Source of the DNA: Pseudomonadota bacterium
Lineage (GTDB): Bacteria > Pseudomonadota > Gammaproteobacteria > Ga0077536
Length of the DNA: 64,000 bases
Assembly: GCA_036130055.1 (NCBI GenBank)
Contig: JAYYOR010000027.1
Span: 121,532-185,531 of the forward strand
Direction of reading: 5' to 3'
Program-made: the position numbers and the translations under genes
The notes under the pieces: model-generated
Database searches by the model: none
The model's input: the letters and a program-made list of their open reading frames with translations, nothing else
What the model was told of the DNA's origin: nothing
In this document: positions 41,997 to 53,127 of the stretch, in pieces
How positions within the stretch are numbered: position 1 is the stretch's first letter
Layout of the letters: every line of letters starts with the position of its first letter

Positions 41997-42491
41997 TTAT
42001 TCCTGACACCAACGTAATTCTTTAAAACAAAACCTTTGATTCAAAAGGCGTAAACTGTCATTCTCGATTAACTCAACTCTTCTTATAATCTCATTGTCTT
42101 TCCGTTCAATTTTGAGAACTCTCGAAATATGATTGTTAGTATTCGGCTGAACATTTTCTTTCAGCTCAAACAATTGAAAATTCCTCCAAGAAAAGATTTT
42201 TATATTTTGTAGTGTATTTCTAAACAATAATATAACTTCAAAATTCCCGTTCATATCTATATCGTCTACAAAAAATTCCTTGATTGAGCCCTCATAAGTG
42301 AGCATTAATTTGGATAAAGGCAAATCCTTCTGATAAACAGAGAGCACTAATTGATTCCCCTCTGCATTGGTAGTAGGTGGAACTGATAAAATTATTTGAT
42401 AATTCTCATAATTATAAGTAATTGTGTTGGATTGAGAGAAGCCAAACAAAGGACAAAATAGTAAAAAAACATAATAAGTGAGAAAACGCAT
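41997..42491 (-). CDS. Hypothetical secreted protein
   Basis: 164 aa with an N-terminal signal peptide (MRFLTYYVFLLFCPLFGFSQ). It is convergent with the sox-like operon. Confidence 0.4.
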   Translation of the reverse strand: MRFLTYYVFLLFCPLFGFSQSNTITYNYENYQIILSVPPTTNAEGNQLVLSVYQKDLPLSKLMLTYEGSIKEFFVDDIDMNGNFEVILLFRNTLQNIKIFSWRNFQLFELKENVQPNTNNHISRVLKIERKDNEIIRRVELIENDSLRLLNQRFCFKELRWCQE

Positions 42492-42522
42492 TATTTCGCC
42501 AAAAATTTAATTATAAACACTC

Positions 42523-42577
42523 TTGACACATCGTTCATAAAATATTATTGTTAGCACCACTCCGTCGTGAGTGCTAA
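42523..42577 (+). promoter_or_regulatory. groESL promoter (TTGACA -35, 17-bp spacer, TATTGT -10) overlapping a CIRCE-like HrcA operator (TTAGCACC-N9-TGAGTGCTAA)
   Basis: Inverted repeat ttagcaccactccgtcgtgagtgctaa at 42551-42577, about 75 bp upstream of groES. The CIRCE consensus is TTAGCACTC-N9-GAGTGCTAA. Confidence 0.6.
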
Positions 42578-42649
42578 TATTGAGATTCATAAATCAGAGC
42601 TCAATAAATTAAATTAACGATTTGATGGATTAATTGGAGAATCAAACAA

Positions 42650-42940
42650 ATGAAAATTCGACCTCTTCACGATAGACTAATCGTGCGAAGATGGGATGAA
42701 GAAAAGACATCCCCAGGCGGTATAGTAATACCAGACTCAGCAACAGAAAAACCGGCAAAAGGCGAAGTTGTTTCTGTAGGAAACGGAAAAATACTTGATA
42801 GTGGCGAAGTTCGTCCATTAGATGTAAAAGCCGGCGACAAAATCCTATTTGGCAAATACTCTGGAACCGAAGTCAAAGTTGATGATGAGGAGTTATTAGT
42901 CATGCGCGAAGACGATGTAATGGCAGTCTTCGAAGGTTAA
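42650..42940 (+). CDS. groES: Co-chaperonin GroES
   Basis: 96-aa canonical GroES. Confidence 0.95.
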   Translation: MKIRPLHDRLIVRRWDEEKTSPGGIVIPDSATEKPAKGEVVSVGNGKILDSGEVRPLDVKAGDKILFGKYSGTEVKVDDEELLVMREDDVMAVFEG

Positions 42941-42975
42941 AAATAAAACATTAAATAAGATAAGAACTGGAGTAA

Positions 42976-44643
<1,668 letters not shown>

Positions 44644-44685
44644 CAAATCTCTCCTCTTTTAATGCGTGCTTTCTTTGCACAACTG

Positions 44686-44717
44686 AAAAGCCTCGACATG
44701 AGGCTTTTCTTTTTTAA
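44686..44717 (+). terminator. Rho-independent terminator after groEL
   Basis: aaaagcctc-gacat-gaggctttt hairpin followed by a cttttttaa T-run. Confidence 0.65.
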
Positions 44718-45052
44718 TCTCTAATTTTTTTATTAAAATGTGGTAAGGAACTTGAGTCATTCGATACCATATAACGTGATTCTCCATCCAAAGCAGTAAC
44801 ATTTTCATACACACCGCTATCTCTTTTGACTAGCTTAGTGAATCCTTTCTCTTTAAGCTCCGAGTTACTATGAGCTTTAATTATCTTAGTCGGCGAAAGA
44901 ATTTTATAGACCGGTTCATCATAGGGTATTTCTCCTAATGAAATTTGGGCTAAAAAACAAACCTGACCCCAAATTTCTACCTCCATATCTACAGGGTGTC
45001 GGACGTTCACAACCTTATTAAAATTTTTTGTTTTGTAATCATAATTTGGCAT
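44714..45052 (-). CDS. Hypothetical protein
   Basis: The listed ORF 44714-45172 overlaps the TraB-like gene by about 100 nt. The internal Met (MPNYDYKTK...) gives a non-overlapping 112-aa product. No family recognised. Confidence 0.35.
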   Translation of the reverse strand: MPNYDYKTKNFNKVVNVRHPVDMEVEIWGQVCFLAQISLGEIPYDEPVYKILSPTKIIKAHSNSELKEKGFTKLVKRDSGVYENVTALDGESRYMVSNDSSSLPHFNKKIRD

Positions 45053-45074
45053 AATACAGCGCCCTGAAGCCTTT

Positions 45075-46259
45075 TTAAAATAATTTACCATAAATATAAT
45101 AGCCAGCGATATAAGTTCCCAGCGCAGAACCCAAACCCGCCAAAAAAGATACAATAAGAACCCTAGTAACATTATTGGTAAACCAACCTTTTATAGACTC
45201 AATATCGCTTTTCAGCTTTAAAAAATCTGAAACTTTTGGCTTTCTTAACCAAGCTTCTACAAGACCGACAATCATACCCGCCCCAACCGTTGGATTAAGA
45301 GAAGTTAACGGAGCTGCAAAAAATGCGGTGACTGTCGATAGGAAATGCGCCCTGCTAAACAGGACAAACAAAGCCGATAGGCCCCCGTTTATTAGGAACC
45401 AAGCCAATATCAAATCCATCCCCAATTCGGGACTTTGGTAAAACCCATAAAAAAAACCTGAAATTATCAGTATCAAAATAAGATAGGAAAAAAATTTTAG
45501 GAATGATATTTTTTCAGGCAAGCTATTTAAAGCCGCTATGTCCTCTTCTCGATACACCTGTGCTTTTTGTAAGTGTTCCTTAATGCCCGTTAGATGAGCG
45601 GCGCCCACTACAGCCAAAATATTAGTGTGGGTTTTGGCGAGCTCTTTAAGCTTTAAACCCATATATTCGTCCCTTTCTTTTATCAAATAATGATGTAGTA
45701 GTGGTGCATTATTAGAAATTTCGGATATCATATTCTCAAGAGCATCTGTCGTTTTGAGTGATTCTATTTCGGCATGCGTAATCGACTTTTCTTCGAAAAT
45801 ATTTGTAGTGATATCCAAGATTAGTTTTACACGCTGGATAAATCCGAGATTTTGGGTTAGTCGGGCAAAAGTAGTCGAAATACTTCGGTCAATAGGGATT
45901 AAAGTGAGTTTATTTTTTTCCGCAAGTCTCACCGACTCTTTCATTTCAAGACCAACTTCCACCCCAAGTTTACTTGCTATGCGATTTTGCATGACGCTCA
46001 TCGCGAGCATCACCACGAAGGTGATAACTTTCTTAGACTTAATAATTTGAAAAATATCTGAATTAATCACAAAATCAGGATTTTTTATTTGTTCAAGACG
46101 AGAGTCGCACAATTCCAAAGCAATGCATTGATAATTTCCGCTGTTAATCTCATCAGCGACAACAATCTTGCTTTGTTCTGAAACATGAGCTGTCCCGATC
46201 AGGCGTATGTGGCTGTCACCTAAATTAATATCTATATAAGGCTCATTGTGACTATTCAT
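45075..46259 (-). CDS. TraB/GumN-family protein
   Basis: 394 aa with an N-terminal 'IRLIGTAHVSEQS' TraB-family signature and C-terminal transmembrane helices. Confidence 0.7.
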   Translation of the reverse strand: MNSHNEPYIDINLGDSHIRLIGTAHVSEQSKIVVADEINSGNYQCIALELCDSRLEQIKNPDFVINSDIFQIIKSKKVITFVVMLAMSVMQNRIASKLGVEVGLEMKESVRLAEKNKLTLIPIDRSISTTFARLTQNLGFIQRVKLILDITTNIFEEKSITHAEIESLKTTDALENMISEISNNAPLLHHYLIKERDEYMGLKLKELAKTHTNILAVVGAAHLTGIKEHLQKAQVYREEDIAALNSLPEKISFLKFFSYLILILIISGFFYGFYQSPELGMDLILAWFLINGGLSALFVLFSRAHFLSTVTAFFAAPLTSLNPTVGAGMIVGLVEAWLRKPKVSDFLKLKSDIESIKGWFTNNVTRVLIVSFLAGLGSALGTYIAGYYIYGKLF

Positions 46260-46302
46260 TATAACTAAAAACTGTATTTTTATTTTATTGTTTAGATAAC
46301 AA

Positions 46303-46329
46303 AAAAGGGGGCTTTGTTGAGCCCCCCGC
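46303..46329 (-). terminator. Rho-independent terminator (reads on the minus strand) downstream of the ttcA remnant
   Basis: On the minus strand: GGGGGC-tcaacaaa-GCCCCC followed by TTTTTT. Confidence 0.5.
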
Positions 46330-46527
46330 GATCGGTTGTGTCATCAACCGCTTTGTCAATTAACCTAGTTCACAATCATTGCTGACTGCGAAACAAATAC
46401 TCTGGCTGACTGACACAATATCCATATCACTAGACATTGGATCACCTCCTTTTAACGTATTTAAAGGTATATTATATGACCTTTTCTGCAAAGATTTAAA
46501 TATTTATTTTTAAAAACTCCTTCTCTC

Positions 46528-47352
46528 TTAGGAAGAACTACTAGTACCCAACTTCAAACCACACTTATCGAGACTAAAGTCGAAGAGAAATGTATCTGCG
46601 AGATTTGATGGCACTAAGGCGAAAAAGCCTAAAATATCGGTTTTTCGACCTGGTTGCTCTTTTCTCAATTAGTAATCAATTTTTTATTCTCTTTCGTTGT
46701 AAGTATTCTTGGTAGCCATATTGGTCACAAGGTATCATCAGAAGAGACTGTTGACTTGAATAAAAGAAAATGTCTTTTTCGAAACAGTAAAAAAGCGGTC
46801 TAATCACTATATTTTATACATCGTCGCTTAACAACTTAGGAGGCATCGCTTTCAAGCTCGAGACATAAAAGATATTTAAAAACAGAGTTCCAATTATATC
46901 ATCTAAGTGATGTCCGAAAGCTGTTTTTATAGATCCGCTGTCTTTTACAACTCTGTATATAAAACCGCCTTTAAACGTGAACAAAGTCTACAATAAGCCT
47001 TATTCTCATCAATGTTATCCGTCACAATTGAGAAAGTATTCTGCTTCTCTATAAGGTAATTCACCTTATCGTCATCTAGATATTTTCTCATTACACCATT
47101 CGGGCAATTCGGCTGTCCTTAATCTAAATAAAAAGCAGTGGTTTCAAAATGTACCGATGCTTTCAGACTTATTTCTGTTAGTAATTTTAGTAAAGTAAAA
47201 AAGTCTTTTCCTCCTGACAAGCAAACCATAATCTTATTCCGCTCTTTTATCATTTGATAATCTTCATTAACACTACCAATGTTCCTTCTCAATCTTTGCT
47301 TCGTTTTGGTTTCGGAAAGATTTTGATTTTTTACAAAAAACATATATCGCAC
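46528..47352 (-). pseudogene. ttcA: tRNA 2-thiocytidine synthase TtcA (PP-loop ATPase) disrupted by multiple frameshifts or stops
   Basis: Only a 77-aa N-terminal ORF (47119-47352) survives, with 'KQRLRRNIG...IMVCLSGGKDF'. Downstream, three other frames carry collinear TtcA-like segments: '[56 protein letters not shown]', then '[24 protein letters not shown]...MPPKLLSDD*', then 'IVIRPLFYCFEKD...IPCDQYGYQEYLQRKRIKN*', then '...ADTFLFDFSLDKCG'. All follow the E. coli TtcA order. Confidence 0.6.
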
Positions 47353-47452
47353 GGTTCAATGTGTTAGTCTTTTTTTCTTTTCTATCCTCATCTCAATGTA
47401 TTAATATAGAACAAAATTTTTTGACGAAATACAAAATGGCGGGCTCCCTCGA

Positions 47453-47932
47453 GTGACTCATCGATTTAGAATACCCCTATCATCAATAAAGTGGATTGTA
47501 ATTCTGACTATTTTGAACACTTTATCAAACAAAGGAAACACTGAGCCAGTATACACCTCCTTCGATAATCAATTTGAAAAAGGTTTATATTATTACGACA
47601 AATCTCATTTTAATGAATCAGCCGAAATATTTAGCGAACTTACACTAAGATATCCTTCCTGCTATAGGTGTATTTACCTTAAGGGTAAAAGCATAGGAAG
47701 ACTAGCAAGTAGAGCCAATTGGTTTAGAGCTATACAATTGGCGCCTAAAACCCGCAAATGTTTTGAAAAGGCCCACTTGATTAATCCAAATGATAATGAG
47801 GTTCTTGGTGACCTAATAAAATACTATGAAAGGGCTCCGGGTTTTCTGGGTGGAGACAAACGAAAAGCGGAGGCCCTTAAAATCAAATTCTTAGAACACA
47901 CAAAACGTTTAAAATGGAAGCCAAATGATTAA
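47453..47932 (+). CDS. Hypothetical secreted protein (possibly TPR-like)
   Basis: 159 aa with an N-terminal hydrophobic signal. No confident family. Confidence 0.35.
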   Translation: MTHRFRIPLSSIKWIVILTILNTLSNKGNTEPVYTSFDNQFEKGLYYYDKSHFNESAEIFSELTLRYPSCYRCIYLKGKSIGRLASRANWFRAIQLAPKTRKCFEKAHLINPNDNEVLGDLIKYYERAPGFLGGDKRKAEALKIKFLEHTKRLKWKPND

Positions 47933-48671
47933 GGGTATTTTTTTTGATTTAGGGGGAACGCTAGTATCATATAAAAATGTAGATAGAGTTATTAAAAAAA
48001 TATTGTCAGAATCAAAGAAAAGAAAAGAAACTTCATTTTCTGTTGATGAATTATATTTGTTCTACAAAGAAGCCAGCATTGATGTGGCCTCGCTTTTTTT
48101 AAATAAGAAATTTTATCTTCACAAAGATCTTTTCAGAGAAATATTTAAAAAATATACTGAATATGCAGGAATCACGTGTGACCCAAGTTTTCTAAACTGG
48201 TTCATTTCAAGACATGAAAATCTATTAACAGAATCTTTTTATCTGATCAAAAACGCAGAAAAAACTTTACTTAATCTGAGACAAAAAAACATGATTTTAG
48301 GCATAGTATCTAATATAGATTCTCATATGTTAAATAAAATAATTTTAAATACCCAACTGTACAAAATGATTGATTTCAAAATAAGCTCGGAGTTTGCTCA
48401 GTCTTGCAAACCCAATCGTAGAATCTTTGAACTTGCTAGGGAAAAGGCGAAACTAGACAATTCAGAATTATTATTTGTTGGTGATTCTATTGAACATGAC
48501 ATAATCGGCTCAAAAAATTTTGGAATTAAAAACGTTCTATTTTGCGAAAAAAATATGAAAGCACCGCTTCAGTCTGGAAATCACAAAGAGAAACCTAATT
48601 ATAAAATCCAAGATTTACTGGAACTAGGTCCTTTGATAGACAACCTAAATAGAGAGCAATGTGATCGCTGA
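47925..48671 (+). CDS. HAD-superfamily hydrolase
   Basis: 248 aa with motif I 'IFFDLGGTLV' (the second Asp is replaced by Gly, as in some haloacid-dehalogenase-like members) and 'VGDSIEHDI' motif IV. Confidence 0.6.
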   Translation: MIKGIFFDLGGTLVSYKNVDRVIKKILSESKKRKETSFSVDELYLFYKEASIDVASLFLNKKFYLHKDLFREIFKKYTEYAGITCDPSFLNWFISRHENLLTESFYLIKNAEKTLLNLRQKNMILGIVSNIDSHMLNKIILNTQLYKMIDFKISSEFAQSCKPNRRIFELAREKAKLDNSELLFVGDSIEHDIIGSKNFGIKNVLFCEKNMKAPLQSGNHKEKPNYKIQDLLELGPLIDNLNREQCDR

Positions 48672-49886
48672 TACTGCTTCTTCAATCCCATAAACTCCAC
48701 CACCATTTTGCGATAGTGCGACTTTTGGCGAGTCAATTTGACGAGGTCCCGCTTCTCCTCTAAGCTGTAGAACTAATTCATAAATTTGCCCAAGTCCAGT
48801 CGCACCTATTGGATGCCCTTTTGATTCAAGACCACCTGAGGGATTTACTGGAACAGAGCCTAGCATACTAGTCATTCCCTTTTCAGTAGATATACCACCT
48901 TGACCAGGCTCACAAATACCTAAAGCTTCAATTTCTATAATTTCGCCAATTGCAGTAGCATCGTGGACTTCAACGACATCTAGATCCTCAGGGCCAATTC
49001 CACATTCGTAGGCTTTTTTAGCTGCTAGTTTTGTAATGTGATTCTCAACATCAAGAATATCTCTATTCGACCCAGTTTGAATAACCGAAGATCTAACTAG
49101 AATTGCTCTTTTTATCGGAGATTTTATTTTTTTCAAACCATTTTTGTTGCAAATAATCGCTGCTGCTGCACCATCGCTTATAGGAGAACACATTGGCAAG
49201 GTTAGCGGGTAAGCTACCATCTGGCTACTCAAAACCTCTTCAATTGAAAATGATTTTCTATACTGCGACTTAGGATTTGCTACCGAATTAATATGGTTTT
49301 TGGAGGCAACCGCTGCCAACTGTCTTCGTGTAGTACCAAAGCTTTCCATGTGTTTCCTGCTCCAGCCTGCATAAACTTCCATAAAGACACTACTTTTTCG
49401 TTCACTATTTAACGAATTTCCTTTAATGGAATTGAGGGGAGACATATCTTCGAAAGTTTTTCTGTTAGATTCGGCAGCGTGAACATCCCATGCGCCATCA
49501 AAAGCTTCAAACATTAATTTTTTATTTTTTGAAATCATTTTCTCGGCACCGACCGCTAGAACAACGTCAGCAGAACCAGAACTGACGTAATTGCATGCCA
49601 AATGAAAAGCCGTGCTGGCTGTCGCACAGGCATTCTCAACATTAAAGATCGGCAACTTTTCAAAACCCATAGGCCTCAAGGCCACCTCTCCTCGAATCAT
49701 ATCCTGACCTTCCATGTGGCCTTGAACACAATTTCCAAAAAAAACGGCATCTATGTCATTCTTTTCGAGGCCCGCATCACTCAAAGCGCCGTGAACTGCT
49801 TCCTCAACAAGGTCTTTAAGCGGCCTAGTAAAAAACTTACCGAACCTTGTCATCGAGATTCCGGTAATCGAAGCGTTTGATGGCAT
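48645..49886 (-). CDS. Thiolase-family protein (SCP2-type/non-specific lipid-transfer-protein-like thiolase)
   Basis: 413-aa thiolase fold with 'ITGISMTRFGK', active Cys 'NACATAS' and a C-terminal 'GHPIGATG'. Confidence 0.75.
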   Translation of the reverse strand: MPSNASITGISMTRFGKFFTRPLKDLVEEAVHGALSDAGLEKNDIDAVFFGNCVQGHMEGQDMIRGEVALRPMGFEKLPIFNVENACATASTAFHLACNYVSSGSADVVLAVGAEKMISKNKKLMFEAFDGAWDVHAAESNRKTFEDMSPLNSIKGNSLNSERKSSVFMEVYAGWSRKHMESFGTTRRQLAAVASKNHINSVANPKSQYRKSFSIEEVLSSQMVAYPLTLPMCSPISDGAAAAIICNKNGLKKIKSPIKRAILVRSSVIQTGSNRDILDVENHITKLAAKKAYECGIGPEDLDVVEVHDATAIGEIIEIEALGICEPGQGGISTEKGMTSMLGSVPVNPSGGLESKGHPIGATGLGQIYELVLQLRGEAGPRQIDSPKVALSQNGGGVYGIEEAVSAITLLSI

Positions 49887-50851
49887 TAATAAAATTCCTC
49901 TTTTCAGTTGTATATGTTAACTTTTACAGATTATCAAACAAGTGTACCTTTAATTTAGTGGAAACAACAGAAAACTACCTGTTAAAAACAGCTGATAATA
50001 AATTAAAAATCAAGAGAGTTATTGAAATATCAGACTCGGGAAATCTCCCTTTAATTCCTGATGCAACACCTGAGAATTTAAAAAAGATTCCATGGCTCTT
50101 TCCTGAATTTATTTCTTCCGCGCACGGCCTTAAACTTGTAATTCAGCTAATTGTGATTGAATCAAATGGTAAGATTATTATCGTAGATACCTGCGTAGGC
50201 AATCATAAAAATATATACTACAAACCTTGGGCCAATAAAGAAAATAAATTTTTAGAAAAGCTGGTAGCGCTGGGGATAAAAAGAGAGAATGTCGATTTTG
50301 TTATCTGCACTCATATTCATCTAGACCATGTAGGATGGAACACTTTTAAAAACAACGACGAATGGGAAACAACTTTTCCAAATGCTGAATATATTTTTTC
50401 AGAAAAAGAACTTGACCATGCAAGAAAATTTGAAAACACTCTGCATGGAGACATTCTCAAAGAATCGATAGATCCAGTACTAAGAGCAGGCCAAGCCAAG
50501 TTGATTTCACCACCCTATTCCGTAGATAAAAACATAAAAATCATCAATACTCCAGGTCACACGCCCGGTCACATGAGCGTTGTTATTAACTATGGGGGTT
50601 TTAATGCCTATGTCACGGGGGATATGATTCACCATCCTTGTCAAATAGCATACCCTGAATGGGGGACTTATTATGATGTTGATAAGGAATTAGCGATGAA
50701 AACAAGAAAAAGATTTTTGGAAAAAAATGCCGAACAGGACAGCATAATTATCGGGACGCATTTTTCGGGCTCAAGTATCGGTAAAATTATTAAAGATGGC
50801 GATAAATATGCTTTTGATATATTATGTGAAAATCATGAGCAAAAAGATTAA
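49877..50851 (+). CDS. MBL-fold metallo-hydrolase
   Basis: 324 aa with the HxHxDH motif (CTHIHLDHVGW) and downstream His/Asp ligands. Confidence 0.7.
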   Translation: MMALIKFLFSVVYVNFYRLSNKCTFNLVETTENYLLKTADNKLKIKRVIEISDSGNLPLIPDATPENLKKIPWLFPEFISSAHGLKLVIQLIVIESNGKIIIVDTCVGNHKNIYYKPWANKENKFLEKLVALGIKRENVDFVICTHIHLDHVGWNTFKNNDEWETTFPNAEYIFSEKELDHARKFENTLHGDILKESIDPVLRAGQAKLISPPYSVDKNIKIINTPGHTPGHMSVVINYGGFNAYVTGDMIHHPCQIAYPEWGTYYDVDKELAMKTRKRFLEKNAEQDSIIIGTHFSGSSIGKIIKDGDKYAFDILCENHEQKD

Positions 50852-50903
50852 ATGGTACTATTTTCGAAAAGGCTGAACGACTTGCGTCAAGGCATCCAAG
50901 TTT

Positions 50904-51176
50904 TTGGAAGCGAATTCAATCGAAGTCTTAGATGAAATCTCAGCGAGCAAAAAACTTAACGAGACCGACGCTAGGAATCTATTAAAAAAAGCGTCTAAAT
51001 TAATGGTTTTTAAAGGAAAGAAAACTGACACCTTCAACATCAAAGACGAAAAGACTTCCTTAATCGTTCCATATATGCTTGGCCCGACCGGCAATCTGCG
51101 TGCCCCTACTCTAATTTATAATAGTGTAATTATAGTTGGTTTCAATGAAGAAAAGTTTAACGAATTTTTCTCTTAA
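50904..51176 (+). CDS. ArsC/Spx-family (YffB-like) protein, apparently 5'-truncated by a frameshift
   Basis: The 90-aa TTG-start ORF matches YffB from 'LEANSIEV' onward. An ATG at 50853 in another frame encodes 'MVLFSKRL', which matches the YffB N-terminus (MITLYGIK). Joining the two frames near 50875 gives 'MVLFSKRLTTCVKASKFLEANSI...', collinear with '[25 protein letters not shown]'. Confidence 0.45.
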   Translation: MEANSIEVLDEISASKKLNETDARNLLKKASKLMVFKGKKTDTFNIKDEKTSLIVPYMLGPTGNLRAPTLIYNSVIIVGFNEEKFNEFFS

Positions 51177-51184
51177 AGAATTGT

Positions 51185-52177
51185 GTGATTTTAATGACAG
51201 ATGAAAACAATGTTAGATCCCAAGGTAACGGATTTAACGATCTAGAAATATCAGAAAAAGAAATTGAAAAAAAACTTAGATCTGTTGTCTCCGTAACAAC
51301 AACAATACCCGATCATGCACAAACGGCGAATATTTTAGGTACTAAAAGATCTGGTAATGGCGTGCTCATAAACCAAATGGGCTTAATTGTTACTATTGGA
51401 TATTTACTAGCAGAAGCAAAACAGATTTGGATAACGACAGCACATGGCGAAACTGTTACAGCAGATACCGTACTATATGATTATGAATCTGGATTAGGCT
51501 TATTAAAACCTTTGAAGCCTATATCCATTCCTGCTATCGGTATAGCCAACCAAAATCATAAGGTAAATTCGGGTGACAAAGGGTATCTTCTGGCAGGTTT
51601 CGGTGGCTTAGAACAGACTATCAATGTCGATATTGCTAGTTGTGACAGCTTCACCGGATACTGGGAGTACGTATTGGACAGAGCGTTTTATACGGCCCCA
51701 GCTCATCCTAGTTGGGGTGGGGCGGCCCTATTAAATAAAAAAGGCGAACTCACTGGGATAGGTTCTTTGTATTTGGAAAACCCACCCGCAAGTAAAAAAG
51801 AATTCTCAGGAAATCTTTGTGTTCCAATTGATGCATTATGGCCATTATTTTCAGAAATTAAGGAAAATGGAAATGTAAAAAACAAGGAGCGACCTTATCT
51901 TGGTTTCTTCGTCTCCGTAGTAGAAAATCAATTCGTAGTATTGGGACTCTACAATTCATCTCCAGCCGCTCTAGCTGGAATCAAGGCCGGAGATATAATA
52001 AAAAGTATAAACGGAGTAGTTCCAGTAGCTTTGAGTGAGTTGTTCAAGTTAATATGGAAAGCTGGCCCAGCAGGTACAGTAATATCAATTGAAATCGAGA
52101 GCGGAGATAAGCATACTATAATTGATGTTGTGTCCGCTGAACGCAAAGCCATATGGATTAGTCCAACTCTGCACTAA
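51185..52177 (+). CDS. Trypsin-like (HtrA-type) protease-fold protein with C-terminal PDZ domain; catalytic residues appear substituted
   Basis: 330 aa. A PDZ-like segment 'GIKAGDIIKSINGVVPV' lies at the C-terminus. My by-eye alignment to DegP places Tyr or Ala where the catalytic His belongs and gives 'PSWGGAAL' where GNSGGAL belongs. Confidence 0.45.
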   Translation: MILMTDENNVRSQGNGFNDLEISEKEIEKKLRSVVSVTTTIPDHAQTANILGTKRSGNGVLINQMGLIVTIGYLLAEAKQIWITTAHGETVTADTVLYDYESGLGLLKPLKPISIPAIGIANQNHKVNSGDKGYLLAGFGGLEQTINVDIASCDSFTGYWEYVLDRAFYTAPAHPSWGGAALLNKKGELTGIGSLYLENPPASKKEFSGNLCVPIDALWPLFSEIKENGNVKNKERPYLGFFVSVVENQFVVLGLYNSSPAALAGIKAGDIIKSINGVVPVALSELFKLIWKAGPAGTVISIEIESGDKHTIIDVVSAERKAIWISPTLH

Positions 52178-52219
52178 AATCATGGGAATTTAAAAAAACA
52201 TAACGGTAGCGTCGAAATT

Positions 52220-53113
52220 ATGGAATCGAGAAACTTAAAAATTGAGAAAATCAAAAAGGGACCCGGATTTATAGCTGCACTCGACCAGAGTGGAGGAAGC
52301 ACTCCAAAGGCTCTTCAAAACTACGGAATAACCTCAGACGAATGGTCTAATGAAGAAGAGATGTTTTCCTTAGTACACAAAATGAGAGAACGAATTGTTT
52401 CAAATCCATCGTTTAACGGCGACAAAATCATTGGTGCTATTCTTTTTGAGAAAACAATGAACTCTAAATTCTGCGGCCTCGATTGTGCTGATTATTTATG
52501 GGACAAAAAGAATATCGTACCTTTTCTAAAAATTGATAAAGGCCTTGCTGACGAAGAGGATGGCGTGCAAGTAATGAAGCCAAATCCCCACCTATTAGAC
52601 ATATTGAAAATCGCTAGGAAAAAAGGAATTTTTGGAACCAAAATGAGGTCAGTCATCAAGACACCCAATCCTTCAGGGATAAAGAGAGTAGTAAGACAGC
52701 AATTCGATACGGCCAGGATAATTATGGACGAGGGTTTTGTGCCAATTATAGAGCCTGAAGTTGACATTCATTGTAAAACTAAATCCGAGACTGAAGTCAT
52801 CTTATTGGAGTTTTTGTGCGCTGAACTAAACAATCTACATAACGATGACCGCATAATATTCAAATTAACACTCCCCGATTTACCGAACTTCTATCAGGAG
52901 TTATGCAAAGAAGAAAAAGTCCTAAGGGTAGTAGCATTATCCGGAGGGTACGCTCAAAACGTAGCTAACGAAAAATTAAGCAAAAACAATGGAGTAATCG
53001 CAAGCTTCTCTAGAGCTTTGACTGAAAGTCTTTATGTAAAAATGACTGACAAAACCTTTACAGAAACCATCGAGATGGCAATCGATAATATTTATAATGC
53101 GTCAATAACTTAA
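52220..53113 (+). CDS. fda: Fructose-bisphosphate aldolase class I (Staphylococcus Fda-type)
   Basis: 297 aa. 'KGPGFIAALDQSGGSTPKALQNYGI...' is near-identical in pattern to S. aureus Fda. Confidence 0.85.
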   Translation: MESRNLKIEKIKKGPGFIAALDQSGGSTPKALQNYGITSDEWSNEEEMFSLVHKMRERIVSNPSFNGDKIIGAILFEKTMNSKFCGLDCADYLWDKKNIVPFLKIDKGLADEEDGVQVMKPNPHLLDILKIARKKGIFGTKMRSVIKTPNPSGIKRVVRQQFDTARIIMDEGFVPIIEPEVDIHCKTKSETEVILLEFLCAELNNLHNDDRIIFKLTLPDLPNFYQELCKEEKVLRVVALSGGYAQNVANEKLSKNNGVIASFSRALTESLYVKMTDKTFTETIEMAIDNIYNASIT

Positions 53114-53127
53114 CAGAGGTTTTTTTA

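Noticed and set aside
42040-42062. Small hairpin (cctttgattcaaaagg) downstream of soxG
   Set aside because: It lies inside the C-terminal coding region of the convergent 41997-42491 gene and is not followed by a T-run, so it is not a convincing terminator.
44714-45172. Full-length 152-aa ORF overlapping the 3' end of the TraB-like gene
   Set aside because: The 5' roughly 120 nt overlap the TraB CDS on the same strand in another frame. The internal Met start gives a non-overlapping gene, so it was annotated from 45052.
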